Notes under the pieces: generated by a model
The model's input: only the letters and a program-made list of their open reading frames with translations
The model's database searches: none
What the model was told of the DNA's origin: nothing
DNA from: Cephaloticoccus sp.
GTDB lineage: Bacteria; Verrucomicrobiota; Verrucomicrobiia; Opitutales; Opitutaceae
Reading direction: 5' to 3'
Assembly (NCBI GenBank): GCA_021734075.1
Contig: JAIPJW010000003.1
Span: 225-64,224, forward strand
Length of the DNA: 64,000 nt
Shown here: positions 18,807 through 28,398 of the stretch, one piece after another
Layout: each line of letters begins with the position of its first letter
How positions within the stretch are numbered: position 1 is the stretch's first letter
Program-made: the position numbers and the translations under genes

Positions 18807-19766
18807 TCATTCGCCGCGGTCGTGCGGAGTAGTGAAATCGAGGATCGGACCGAGCGGCACGATTTGCGTGGGATTGATCTCCGTGTGCGTGACGTAGTAG
18901 TGGCGCTTGATGTGGGTGAAGTTCACGGTCTCCGCAATACCGGGCACCTGATACAAGTCCTGCAGGTAGCCCTGAAGATTGGGGTAATCCACGATGCGGC
19001 GCAGATTGCATTTAAAGTGGCCATGATAAACGGCGTCGAAACGCACCAGCGTGCAGAAAAGGCGCCAGTCCGTTTCCACGGGCTGGTCTCCCAACAAGTA
19101 GCGCGATTTACTCAGGCGGGTTTCGAGTGAGTCCAAGGCGTTGAACAGGGCCGTCACCGCGCCTTCGTAGGCTATCTGGGTGGTGGCAAACCCTGCGCGG
19201 TAAACTCCATTGTTCACCCGTTCATAGATCTCCGCGCTGAGCGTGGCCTGCTCCTTACTGCGGACGGCGGGAAAGAGCTCCGGGGTTACGTCGCAGGGCC
19301 GGGTGAATTCGTCGTTGAACATCCGGCAGATGTCATCCTCGGAATTATTGACGATCTGCTTGGTCTGTTTGTCCCACAACACCGGCACGGTCCATCGTCC
19401 GCGGAAGGAGGGATCGGAGGCCTGGTAGGCCTCGCTGAGAAACTTGAAGCCGTTGATGGGGTCGGGAGAATATCCGTCACCCGCGCGAAACGCCCAGCCA
19501 CGCTCATCACGCACCGGGTCCACCACGGTCACGCCGAGGTGGTGCTTGAGACCCTTGAGCTGACGCACGATCAAGGTGCGATGAGCCCAGGGACAGGCCA
19601 GACTGATGTAGAGATGATAGCGATCGGCTTCCGGCGCGAAGGGCGTCGAGCCGTCACGCCGCACCCACTGGCGAAAGGCGTCCTCCTGCCGTTCGAATTC
19701 ACCATCGTCACTGCTCTCCTCGGGAAACTGGGCGGATGTGCTCATCCAGCGGAAAGTATGAGCCAT
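18807..19766 (-). CDS. yqjG: Glutathionyl-hydroquinone reductase / Xi-class GST (YqjG-like)
   Basis: RYHLYISLACPWAHRTLIVRQLKGL closely matches the E. coli YqjG active-site region. Start at ATG 19766 or 19745. Confidence 0.85.
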   Translation of the reverse strand: MAHTFRWMSTSAQFPEESSDDGEFERQEDAFRQWVRRDGSTPFAPEADRYHLYISLACPWAHRTLIVRQLKGLKHHLGVTVVDPVRDERGWAFRAGDGYSPDPINGFKFLSEAYQASDPSFRGRWTVPVLWDKQTKQIVNNSEDDICRMFNDEFTRPCDVTPELFPAVRSKEQATLSAEIYERVNNGVYRAGFATTQIAYEGAVTALFNALDSLETRLSKSRYLLGDQPVETDWRLFCTLVRFDAVYHGHFKCNLRRIVDYPNLQGYLQDLYQVPGIAETVNFTHIKRHYYVTHTEINPTQIVPLGPILDFTTPHDRGE

Positions 19767-19810
19767 CCTGCGGGATGCAAACGGTGACCTGATTTGGGGT
19801 GGTGAACCAC

Positions 19811-20060
19811 GAAAGCCGGAATCAGGGATTGGCCGCAAAGAGGCGCATGAAATCGTAAGGCGGATGTGGCTTATGAGGCGGCAATAGCCGCGCGGGTGAG
19901 CTGGTTTGGAGATGGAGCAATTTTGAGACTTTTTGCGGCAGAAATCAGATCGTCGAATGGGTGAATCCAACGAATGTCCGATCAGATGAGCGGGGGAATC
20001 CTTCCCTGCCGGAGACGGGGCAGGGGATAAAGAGAAGGATTAAGAGAACGAGAAAGAATG
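19811..20060 (+). repeat. Intergenic repeat copy B (~250 bp)
   Basis: GAAAGCCGGAATCAGGGATTGGCCGCAAAGAGGCGCATGAAATCGTAAGGCGGATGTGGCTTATGAGGCGGCAATAGCCGCGCGGGTGAGCTGG ... GATTAAGAGAACGAGAAAGAATG. Contains the GCGGC-NATA-GCCGC palindrome shared with copy A. Confidence 0.7.
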
Positions 20061-20153
20061 ACGCGGTGGCCGTGCCAACGGCGGCGGGAGGTTTATTCGG
20101 TTAGGACGGAGGGCTGGATTGCTTTCGCCGGAGGTTGTCGTTCGTCTCCCCCG

Positions 20154-21314
20154 ATGTCTGTTGCCCCGCGTCTGCTGACGAACCTCTGCTACCTGGCGAT
20201 GATGAGTCTCTCCATCGGGCTCAACCTCCTGCCGGTGTTTCTCACGACATTGAGTGCGACCTATGGCGGGGCGGACGGTTTGACCGCGGAGCAGCTCGGC
20301 CGGTTGGGGGCGATTTCCTTTGCGGGTCTGGTGGCGGGCATCCTGATCACCGGTCCATTGGCCGACCGTTGGGGCGCCAAGCCGTTTGCCCAATTGGGCA
20401 ATACACTCATTGCGTTGAGTCTCATTGCGGCGGCCTTCGCCCCGAGTTATGCGCTGTTGGGCGCGGCGGTGTTTGTGCTCGGGATGGGCGCGGGGGTGCT
20501 CGACATGGTATTGAGTCCGGTGGTGGCCGCGCTCAATCCCACGCGCCGGGCGGCGGCCATGAACTGGCTGCATTCCTATTTCTGCGTCGGGGCCGTGGTC
20601 ACGATCCTGGCCGGCACCCTGGCCTTGCAGTTTGGGCTCGGCTGGCGGGAGACCTGCCTGCTCCTGCTCCTGCTGCCGGTCGGATTGTTGGTGGCGTTTG
20701 CACCGCTGACTTTTCCCGCGCTCAGCACGGTCGGGGGCCGGCTGCGCCTGCGCACCCTCGTGCACCGGCGGTGGTTTTGGGTGGCGCTGTTGGCCATCCT
20801 GCTCGGCGGGGCGACGGAAGCTGGCATGTCGCAATGGTTGCCGGCCTACGCGGAACTGGGGCTCAACTATCCCACCTGGGTGGGCGGCGGGGCCCTGTTG
20901 TTGTTTTCGGTGGCGATGGCGGCGGGTCGCATGGTGGTGGGTGCGGTCGGACCGAAATGGGATCCGTTCAAGGTCATGGCATGGGGCAGTGGCACCTCGG
21001 TGATCCTGTTTGTGATCGGTGCCTTTTGGCCGGGAGCGGGGATCGCACTGACCGCATGCATTTTGGTGGGATTCACCGGAAGCTGCCTGTGGCCGACAAT
21101 GCTGGCCGTGACGGCCGATCGTTATCCCGAGGGCGGCGCGAGCATGTATGGTGCCCTGGGGGCGTTTGGTAACATGGGCGGCATCTGCATGCCGTGGCTG
21201 GTGGGCTGGGTGGCGGATTGGCGCGACCTGCACTGGGGCATGGCGATCTCAGCCTTCGCCCCCGCGCTGTTGTTGCCTCTGGTGCTGATCCTGCGCCGCA
21301 GCAAGTCAGTTTGA
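20154..21314 (+). CDS. MFS transporter
   Basis: About 12 TM segments; the GPLADRWGAKP loop is typical of MFS. Start at internal ATG 20154 (MSVAPRLL). The 20058 ATG lies inside repeat B. Confidence 0.75.
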   Translation: MSVAPRLLTNLCYLAMMSLSIGLNLLPVFLTTLSATYGGADGLTAEQLGRLGAISFAGLVAGILITGPLADRWGAKPFAQLGNTLIALSLIAAAFAPSYALLGAAVFVLGMGAGVLDMVLSPVVAALNPTRRAAAMNWLHSYFCVGAVVTILAGTLALQFGLGWRETCLLLLLLPVGLLVAFAPLTFPALSTVGGRLRLRTLVHRRWFWVALLAILLGGATEAGMSQWLPAYAELGLNYPTWVGGGALLLFSVAMAAGRMVVGAVGPKWDPFKVMAWGSGTSVILFVIGAFWPGAGIALTACILVGFTGSCLWPTMLAVTADRYPEGGASMYGALGAFGNMGGICMPWLVGWVADWRDLHWGMAISAFAPALLLPLVLILRRSKSV

Positions 21315-21429
21315 ATATGGCAACATTCCACTCAGCTTGCGCTGGGGAGTAGCGTGCGAAAGAACGGTGTTCAAAGCAGGCTTGCCGTGGGCCTGCCCGA
21401 ACGTGAAAAATGGGCCAACCCATTGCATC

Positions 21430-22080
21430 ATGTTCATCGCCCATTTTGGCGCGGGGCTCACCGCCAAAAAATTCGCCCCCCGGGTTTCGCTGGGAACCTT
21501 GTTCCTCGCCGCCCAGTTCATCGACCTGATTTGGCCGACCCTGCTGTTGTTCGGTTGGGAGCGGGTGCGGATTGCCCCGGGTGAAACCCCAGCAGTGCCG
21601 TTGGTCTTCGAGCATTATCCCATTTCGCACAGCCTGTTCGCGGTCGTGCTCTGGGCCGTCGGTTTGGGGCTGGTCTATTACTGGTTGCGCCGGGAAGCAC
21701 GGGGCGCGTGGGTGATCGGATTGGCCGTGGTGAGCCACTGGGTGCTTGATCTGGTGGTCCATGTGCCCGATCTCCCCCTGTATCCGGGCAACAGCCCCAT
21801 GCTGGGATTGGGCCTGTGGCAATCCGTCTTCTGGACCCAGGTCGTGGAATTTGCCGCGCTGGGGATCGGCGTCTGGCTCTATACCCGGGTGACCAAGGCG
21901 ACGAACGGCAAAGGCCGTTGGGGCTTTTGGGGCCTGATCCTGTTTTTGGCGGTCATTCAGGTCGGCAATGCCATGGGGTCGCCGCCGCCGAGTGTCGGGG
22001 CGATAGCCTGGGTGGGGCAGGCGCAATGGTTGCTGGTGCTATGGGCTTATTGGGTGGATCGTCACCGCATTGTCCGATAG
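21430..22080 (+). CDS. Integral membrane protein, possibly YdjM/DUF457-like metal-dependent hydrolase
   Basis: Multi-TM protein with conserved-looking ISHSL and SHWVLD motifs. Start at ATG 21430 (MFIAHFG). Confidence 0.55.
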   Translation: MFIAHFGAGLTAKKFAPRVSLGTLFLAAQFIDLIWPTLLLFGWERVRIAPGETPAVPLVFEHYPISHSLFAVVLWAVGLGLVYYWLRREARGAWVIGLAVVSHWVLDLVVHVPDLPLYPGNSPMLGLGLWQSVFWTQVVEFAALGIGVWLYTRVTKATNGKGRWGFWGLILFLAVIQVGNAMGSPPPSVGAIAWVGQAQWLLVLWAYWVDRHRIVR

Positions 22081-22088
22081 ACAAGCCA

Positions 22089-24122
22089 ATGCCTTCATTG
22101 TTTTTGGAAAACCGTCACCTGTCGTTCGCGGCGGGCAGTGACAACGTAGCCTTGCAACTCAGCGCCAGCGGAGCGGACGGAATCTGGCAGGAACTGCCGC
22201 TCCAATCCGCCGGCGAGAACCGGTATGTTTTTTCGACCCACGGGGTGCAGGGTGGGTTGACCTGGGCTCCGTTACTGGAGGAGCGGGCCGAATATAAATT
22301 GGAGTTCATCGCGACGGAACCGATGCGGTTGCGGCTGGAATTTTCCTGGGGAGGAACCGGGGAGTGTTTTCACCTGATTCCGGCCTGTTTGTTCGGGGAC
22401 AATAATCATGACCTCGTGCGACCGAATGAATTTCCAACCCTGCACGCGGCGGTGCCGGATGAACAAGGCTCGGCTCCGCTGTGGGAATTTCGCGCGGACC
22501 GCGCGGCGTGCCCGGTCTCGATGCTCTGCACTCCAGCGGGGGTCATCGGACTTTCCGTGGAGCCCTATGCCGATGATACGGCGGCGGCGGATGGTTTTAT
22601 CCGCAACGGTGTGTTGAGCCGGTTGCCGGCGGGGGGCGGGGTGAGCCTGGGTTACGGCAATGATCCGCTGACCTATGTGAACAAGATGATGTTTCGGCCG
22701 GCCACGGCCCATCGCTCGGTCGGGGCCTGCACGTCGGGCTCGTTGTATTGGTTGCCAGCGGCCGGCAGATCAGGAGCCCACCGGATTGTGCGGGATATTT
22801 ACGAGCGCTCACATGAACGGCCGCAGCATCGCAAGACCATGGCCGAGGCGGCGCGGGCGTTGGCCGAGGGTTTCATCAGCCCGAATTGGAGCACGGAGTT
22901 TGGCAACTACACGAACATGGCCTGCCGGGTGCCGCAGGACAATGTGCTCAAGGCGTGGCGGCCCGTGTCGGAGATCGGTTGGTCGGGCGGGGGCGTGCTG
23001 GCCTACCCTTTGCTGTTGGCGCAAGCGCGCATGCCGGACTTGAAATTCCCAAAAACCGGCGGCCAGATTCTCGACCAGATCGCGGCCACGTGGAATGAGC
23101 GGAGCGGGTTTTTCAACGATGTGGCGGGTCCCAGCCTGGTGGGTGTGCCGGGGCAGGGGGGCGAGATCAAGGAGGGGGGCATCAACGGTTGGTGGTCCGG
23201 TTTCATGCCCCACACCATGAACCGGCACTGTGCCTACACCAATGGCAACGCGACCTACTATTTGCTGAAGTGCGCCCGGTTGGTGCGGTCAGGCGGGGGC
23301 GATCCGGCCACATGGGAAGCGGCGGCCCTGAAGGTGTGTGACACCGTGGTGGAACTGCAGCACGGCGACGGGGCCTTCGGCTATTTGTTCAGTGCGGAAC
23401 AGCGCAAGGTGGTGGATTGGGATGGCTTTGCCGGTTGCTGGTTTGCCGCGGCTCTGCCCCTGGCCTATGCCCTGACCAACCATGAAGCCTATTTGACGGC
23501 GGCGCGGCGGGCGTTGCGCTACTACGGCCACGCCGTGGCCGCGTTGAATTGCTACGGCACACCGATGGACACCTACAAGAGCGTCGATCAGGAGGGGGTG
23601 CTGGCCTTTGTGCAGGCAACGCGACTGATGCATGAAATCACCGGGGAGGAAGAGTGGTTGGGTCACCTGCAAGCCGGGGCGGATTTTGAATTGCTCTGGC
23701 GTTATGCCTATCGGGCGCGGCCGGAGTTCGCGCCGCTCAAGGGCACGGCTTGGAATTCCTGCGGCGGATCGGTCACTTCGGTTTCGAATCCCCATATTCA
23801 TCCCATGGGACTCGTGATCACGGACGCCCTGCGCTACCTGGCAAAACAGACGGGCGACAACTATTACCGTGATCGGGCCGATGATGGGGTGGCGTGGGCA
23901 CTGCAAACGCTGGAGCTCTATCCGGAGGTGTCCGGCTACGGGCCCTACGGGGTGATGACCGAGCGTTATTGTCCAAGTGACGGCCTGGTGATCGAGACCT
24001 TTGCGGACAGCGGTGAACCGGCGAGCATGTGGTGGAGCTACAACGCGTGGGCCGCAGCCAATGTGATGGAGGGACTGCTGGAGACGATGAACGATTCGGA
24101 ACCAAACGACAGATCGGTTTAG
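22089..24122 (+). CDS. Hypothetical 677-aa protein, alpha/alpha-barrel-like (possible uncharacterised glycoside hydrolase)
   Basis: Start at ATG 22089 (MPSLFLENRH), 9 nt after the previous stop. Aromatic-rich helical repeat sequence (GDGAFGYLFS, WFAAALPLAYALT, WWSYNAWAAANV). No family recognised. Confidence 0.6.
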   Translation: MPSLFLENRHLSFAAGSDNVALQLSASGADGIWQELPLQSAGENRYVFSTHGVQGGLTWAPLLEERAEYKLEFIATEPMRLRLEFSWGGTGECFHLIPACLFGDNNHDLVRPNEFPTLHAAVPDEQGSAPLWEFRADRAACPVSMLCTPAGVIGLSVEPYADDTAAADGFIRNGVLSRLPAGGGVSLGYGNDPLTYVNKMMFRPATAHRSVGACTSGSLYWLPAAGRSGAHRIVRDIYERSHERPQHRKTMAEAARALAEGFISPNWSTEFGNYTNMACRVPQDNVLKAWRPVSEIGWSGGGVLAYPLLLAQARMPDLKFPKTGGQILDQIAATWNERSGFFNDVAGPSLVGVPGQGGEIKEGGINGWWSGFMPHTMNRHCAYTNGNATYYLLKCARLVRSGGGDPATWEAAALKVCDTVVELQHGDGAFGYLFSAEQRKVVDWDGFAGCWFAAALPLAYALTNHEAYLTAARRALRYYGHAVAALNCYGTPMDTYKSVDQEGVLAFVQATRLMHEITGEEEWLGHLQAGADFELLWRYAYRARPEFAPLKGTAWNSCGGSVTSVSNPHIHPMGLVITDALRYLAKQTGDNYYRDRADDGVAWALQTLELYPEVSGYGPYGVMTERYCPSDGLVIETFADSGEPASMWWSYNAWAAANVMEGLLETMNDSEPNDRSV

Positions 24123-24126
24123 CCGG

Positions 24127-25350
24127 TCAACGCCTGGGTTTGGCTGTTTCCAATCGGGGCAAAAACGCGGCGAACAGGCCCAGCAGCGGCAGGAAGCTGC
24201 AGAGGTGAAAAACGTAAGCGATGCTGGTGTGATCGGCCAACCAACCCAGCAGCGCGGAGCCAATGCCCGCCATGCCAAAGGCGAAACCAAAAAAGACGCC
24301 GCTGATCAGGCCGACCTTGCCGGGCAATAGTTCCTGCGCGTAAACCAGGATCGCCGAAAACGCGGAGGCCAGAATCACGCCGATGATGACGGACAGCACC
24401 GCCGTGCCGGTGAGGCCGACATGCGGCAGAAGCAGGGTGAACGGGGCCACGCCGAGGATGGAGATCCAGATGACCAGTTTGCGCCCGTAACGATCCCCCA
24501 CGGGTCCACCGATGATCGTGCCTGCGGCCACGGCAAAAAGAAACAGGAAGAGGTAGAGCTGGGCCTGTGCGGCCGAGAGTTGAAACCGACCGATAAGGTA
24601 AAACGTGTAGTAGCTGGTGAGACTCGCCAGGTAGAAATATTTCGAAAAGATGAGCACGGCCAGCACGCCCAGGGCCCGGATCACTTGTTTGCGCGGAAGA
24701 GGATTGCGCTTGGGGGCGGCCCTGAAACGCACGGACTTTTTCAAGTCCGACAGGTGTTGCTGATACCAACGACCCACCCGCGTCAGCACGACGATGCCGA
24801 GCAAGGCAAGCAGCGCGAACCAGAGCACGTGGACCTGCCCGCGGGGCATCACGATGGCCGCGGCCAGCAAGGGACCGAGGGAACTGCCGAAATTTCCCCC
24901 CACCTGAAAAATGGATTGGGCGAAGCCGTGTTTGCCCCCTGAAGCCAGTCGCGCCAGGCGTGAGGCCTCCGGGTGAAAGATGGACGATCCAGCCCCGATC
25001 AAGACGGCTGAGAGAAGGATCACGGTATAACTTGGCGCAAGGGCCAGCAGCACCAGCCCACCGAGCGTGAGGCTCATCCCGACCGGCAATGAATAGGGCA
25101 GCGGTTGGCGATCGGTGTAGCGGCCGACCAGGGGTTGCAACAGTGAGGCCACACACTGATAGACAAACGTGATCATCCCGATCTGGGTGAAACTGAGGAC
25201 AAACTGGGTCTTGAGCAGCGGATAGATTGAGGGCACGAGGGCCTGGATCGTGTCGTTGAGCAGGTGCGACACACTCAAGGCCACCAATACCCGCATGGCG
25301 GTGAGTTGGATTTCCTCGGCCTCATTTTCAGGCTGGGGGTCGGCGGACAT
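24127..25350 (-). CDS. fsr: MFS transporter, Fsr (fosmidomycin-resistance) family
   Basis: SVSHLLNDTIQALVPSIYPLLKTQF.LSFTQIGMITFVYQ..ASLLQPLVGRYTDR closely parallels the E. coli Fsr N-terminus. Confidence 0.85.
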   Translation of the reverse strand: MSADPQPENEAEEIQLTAMRVLVALSVSHLLNDTIQALVPSIYPLLKTQFVLSFTQIGMITFVYQCVASLLQPLVGRYTDRQPLPYSLPVGMSLTLGGLVLLALAPSYTVILLSAVLIGAGSSIFHPEASRLARLASGGKHGFAQSIFQVGGNFGSSLGPLLAAAIVMPRGQVHVLWFALLALLGIVVLTRVGRWYQQHLSDLKKSVRFRAAPKRNPLPRKQVIRALGVLAVLIFSKYFYLASLTSYYTFYLIGRFQLSAAQAQLYLFLFLFAVAAGTIIGGPVGDRYGRKLVIWISILGVAPFTLLLPHVGLTGTAVLSVIIGVILASAFSAILVYAQELLPGKVGLISGVFFGFAFGMAGIGSALLGWLADHTSIAYVFHLCSFLPLLGLFAAFLPRLETAKPRR

Positions 25351-25422
25351 CCGGCCAACGTGGCAGGCCCAATGGTTTCCGCAAATTGATATGGCGGGAT
25401 TCTTTCCCCGGCCTCATCGCGC

Positions 25423-26169
25423 CTACGATCCCGGGGCGATGTCCTCGATCTGTTGAAGAATCTTCAGGCTGGTTTCCACGATCAGAGCCATGGCCTTTTG
25501 CCCCTTGGCCGCGGTCGCATCCTCCGGCCAACCCCAGTGCCCCTCGGGCGTGAGTTCCGTCGTGTCGTAATAATCGAGCATGGCCTGCGGGGGAAACTTT
25601 TGATCCGCGGCATCGGGCACCGGAATTTGGCGGACCGCATCGGGATACAGATGCAGCATAAGTGAGGTCTCAAATTCACCGCCGTGCACGTCGCCCGCCT
25701 GGTGCTTGAAAATGGCGGCGTAGTCGGCGGAGGGAATTTCAGGCTGGAGCAACACCGTGCGGAACCCGGGCAGGTCGCGGTTGAGCTGCCGAATGGTGGG
25801 CTTGAGGATCCAGTTGCCGCCATGGCAATTGGCCAGCACGAGTCGCGTGAAACCCGATTGCTGCAGCGATTCCGCGATGTCGCGCACCACGAGGGCGAGG
25901 GTGTCGGCCCGCAGGTAAACCGTGCCCTTGGCCCGACGATGTTCAATGGATGAAGTGATGGCGAGCGCGGGCAGGAGATAGGCATCAAGCCGCGTCGCGA
26001 GTTGGGCGGCGAACGCCTCGGCCAGCATGGTATCGGTGCCGACGGGCAGATGCCGGCCGTGTTGCTCGATCGCCCCGACGGGCAGCACGGCGGTATGGAC
26101 GGAGGCGGCGGCGATCTCGTGGCGCGTATGAAGTGAAGTCTGCATAAACGTGGGGGGTGGAGACTGCAT
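25423..26169 (-). CDS. Creatininase-family amidohydrolase
   Basis: LPVGAIEQHGRHLPVGTDT and CHGGN / HGGEFETS motifs. Confidence 0.8.
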   Translation of the reverse strand: MQSPPPTFMQTSLHTRHEIAAASVHTAVLPVGAIEQHGRHLPVGTDTMLAEAFAAQLATRLDAYLLPALAITSSIEHRRAKGTVYLRADTLALVVRDIAESLQQSGFTRLVLANCHGGNWILKPTIRQLNRDLPGFRTVLLQPEIPSADYAAIFKHQAGDVHGGEFETSLMLHLYPDAVRQIPVPDAADQKFPPQAMLDYYDTTELTPEGHWGWPEDATAAKGQKAMALIVETSLKILQQIEDIAPGS

Positions 26170-26283
26170 GAGCCAATCGGGTGCGGGCCGTTAGCCAAGC
26201 TTGGAAGTTGTGTTTGCCATGGTGAGCCATCCCGGCTGTGACTGGCTGTCCGCTCATATCCCGTGAACTCTCGCTCAACATTT

Positions 26284-28398
26284 ATGGCCGCGATCCCGGT
26301 TTGGCCCGCTGCGTTGGCCGGAGCCATGAACACCTGGATCAGTTTTCACGCCCGGGTGGAATTTGGCCCCAAGGCTCACGGGATGCTGCGAGTGGCGGCC
26401 GCCCAAGCTTACCGCGTTTGGGTTGACGGAAAATTGCGCGGTCGCGGCCCGGCCCGCACCGCGCATGGTTTTGCGCGGGTGGATGAATGGCCGGTCAATG
26501 GGGAGGCCCCGGGCATGAAGGAAGTGGTGATCGAGGTGATGGGTTATGGGGTGCCGACATTTTGCTCCACGCATGAGCCGGCTTTTCTCTGCGCGGAATT
26601 GGTCTGGGACGGCAAAGCAGTTGTCTGGACTGCGGCAACCGGTGGCGGCTTTGCAGCGGAACTGCGGCGCGAGCGAATGCAAAAGGCCGAGCGCTTCAGT
26701 TATCAGCGCGCCTTCGTGGAGTGCTACCGGGTGGGGCAACGTGGTTTTCCTTGGCAAAGGCCCGACTATCGTCCGTCGCGACCGCTGAAACTGGCGCGCG
26801 TGCGGCACAAACGGATTTGGTTGGAGCGGGGAGTGGCCCGGCCGGACCTGTCGCAGATCAAACCCCGACTTCAGGCCATGCGAGGCAAGGCGGCCTTCTC
26901 CCGGCGGAAGGCAAGCCAGGCGACCCAACACCGTTTCCTTACCGAGGTGCCCAAAACCTCGGCAGGGTTTCAACCCCAACAGATTAAGTGGGCACTTTTT
27001 GATGAGTTGGCGGGCCTGAAGTTCACCGATCAGGCCCCGGTGCGGTTGCGGGTCACAGCGCCGGAAAAATTGTCGACCGGCCAATGGTTGCGGGTGGACT
27101 TTGGCAAGGTCGCCACCGGCTTTCCCAAACTCCATTTGCAAGCCCGGCAGCCGTCCCGGGTGGTGCTGGTGTTTGATGAAATTCTGGTGAACGGACAGTT
27201 GGTTTTCGATCGTTCCACCTGTGTCAATGCGGTCGGACTGGATCTGGCGGCCGGGGCCACGTTGGATTTTGAAAGTTTCGAACCCTACACGCTGCAACAC
27301 TTGCAAGTGCTGGTGACCCAAGGAGCAGTCGAGGTCTCCCGTCTGAGCCTGCGCAACTTCATCAATACGGAACTTGTGGTCCCGGCCCCCGAATCCCTGC
27401 GCCCCGGCGAGGCGCGGGTGCGGGCGGCCGCCGTGGCCTCTTTCCGGCAGAACGCCCTGGATATATTCATGGACTGCCCCTCACGCGAACGCGCGGGATG
27501 GCTCTGCGACAGTTACTTTGCGGCCCAGGCGGAATGGCACCTTTGCCGGGACAATCCGATCGAGCGCGCCTTTTTGGAAAACTACCTGCGACCGGCGAAG
27601 TTTGCCGATCTGCCCGCCGGCATGGTGCCGATGTGCTATCCGGCGGAGGCACTGCAGCAACAGTTCATCCCCAATTGGGCCATGTTTCTTGTTCTGCAGT
27701 TGGACGAGGCAGTGCGCCGGCGAAAGGTGCCGGCGGAGTGGCAGCCCATGATTGTGCGCCGGGTGCAGGGACTGCTGCGCTATTTCCGCCGTTTCGAAAA
27801 CGAAGACGGTATGCTCGAGAAACTTGAGAGCTGGGTGTTCGTGGAGTGGTCCAAGGCCAACGCGTTCGTGCAGGACGTGAATTTCCCCTCGAACATGCTC
27901 TATGCGGCGATGTTGCGGTCGGCGGCACGCTTGCTGGGCGATTCCGGATTGACCCGGCGGGCCCTACAGTTGGACGCCAAGCTGCGTCAAATGGCCTGGC
28001 GGGGCGGCCGGTTCGTCGACCACGCGGTGCGGGATGCCACCGGCCGGCTGGTCGTGGCAGAGGACGCCAGTGAAGTCTGCCAATATTACGCATTCTATTT
28101 CGGCCTGACCTCGCCCCGTCGTCAGCCGGAACTCTGGCGTCGCTTGGTGCGGGGAGAGTTCGGGACCTTGCATCCGGCGAATGCCTTCATGGGCAAACTC
28201 CTGCGCTTGGAACTGCTGATCAGGCACGGTGAGCGGGCGGCGGCCCGCCGGGAGCTGATGCAAAACTTTGCCCCCATGGCGCAGCGAACCGGCACATTGT
28301 GGGAGCACCTCGACGAGTCCGCCAGTTGCAACCATGGCTTCACCGCCTACATCGCGGTCTTGATTGACCGATTGGAAAAGGATCGAAAGCCACGATGA
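26284..28398 (+). CDS. GH78 (alpha-L-rhamnosidase)-related protein
   Basis: DCPSRERAGWLCDSYF matches the DCPxRER-GW-GD signature of the GH78 catalytic (alpha/alpha)6 domain. Start at ATG 26284. Confidence 0.7.
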   Translation: MAAIPVWPAALAGAMNTWISFHARVEFGPKAHGMLRVAAAQAYRVWVDGKLRGRGPARTAHGFARVDEWPVNGEAPGMKEVVIEVMGYGVPTFCSTHEPAFLCAELVWDGKAVVWTAATGGGFAAELRRERMQKAERFSYQRAFVECYRVGQRGFPWQRPDYRPSRPLKLARVRHKRIWLERGVARPDLSQIKPRLQAMRGKAAFSRRKASQATQHRFLTEVPKTSAGFQPQQIKWALFDELAGLKFTDQAPVRLRVTAPEKLSTGQWLRVDFGKVATGFPKLHLQARQPSRVVLVFDEILVNGQLVFDRSTCVNAVGLDLAAGATLDFESFEPYTLQHLQVLVTQGAVEVSRLSLRNFINTELVVPAPESLRPGEARVRAAAVASFRQNALDIFMDCPSRERAGWLCDSYFAAQAEWHLCRDNPIERAFLENYLRPAKFADLPAGMVPMCYPAEALQQQFIPNWAMFLVLQLDEAVRRRKVPAEWQPMIVRRVQGLLRYFRRFENEDGMLEKLESWVFVEWSKANAFVQDVNFPSNMLYAAMLRSAARLLGDSGLTRRALQLDAKLRQMAWRGGRFVDHAVRDATGRLVVAEDASEVCQYYAFYFGLTSPRRQPELWRRLVRGEFGTLHPANAFMGKLLRLELLIRHGERAAARRELMQNFAPMAQRTGTLWEHLDESASCNHGFTAYIAVLIDRLEKDRKPR

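Noticed and set aside
20040-21233. 397-aa minus-strand ORF (His/Arg/Gln/Pro-rich) antisense to the MFS gene
   Set aside because: It mirrors a well-supported 12-TM MFS gene on the other strand, has no motifs and has an implausible composition. It is a GC-driven shadow ORF.
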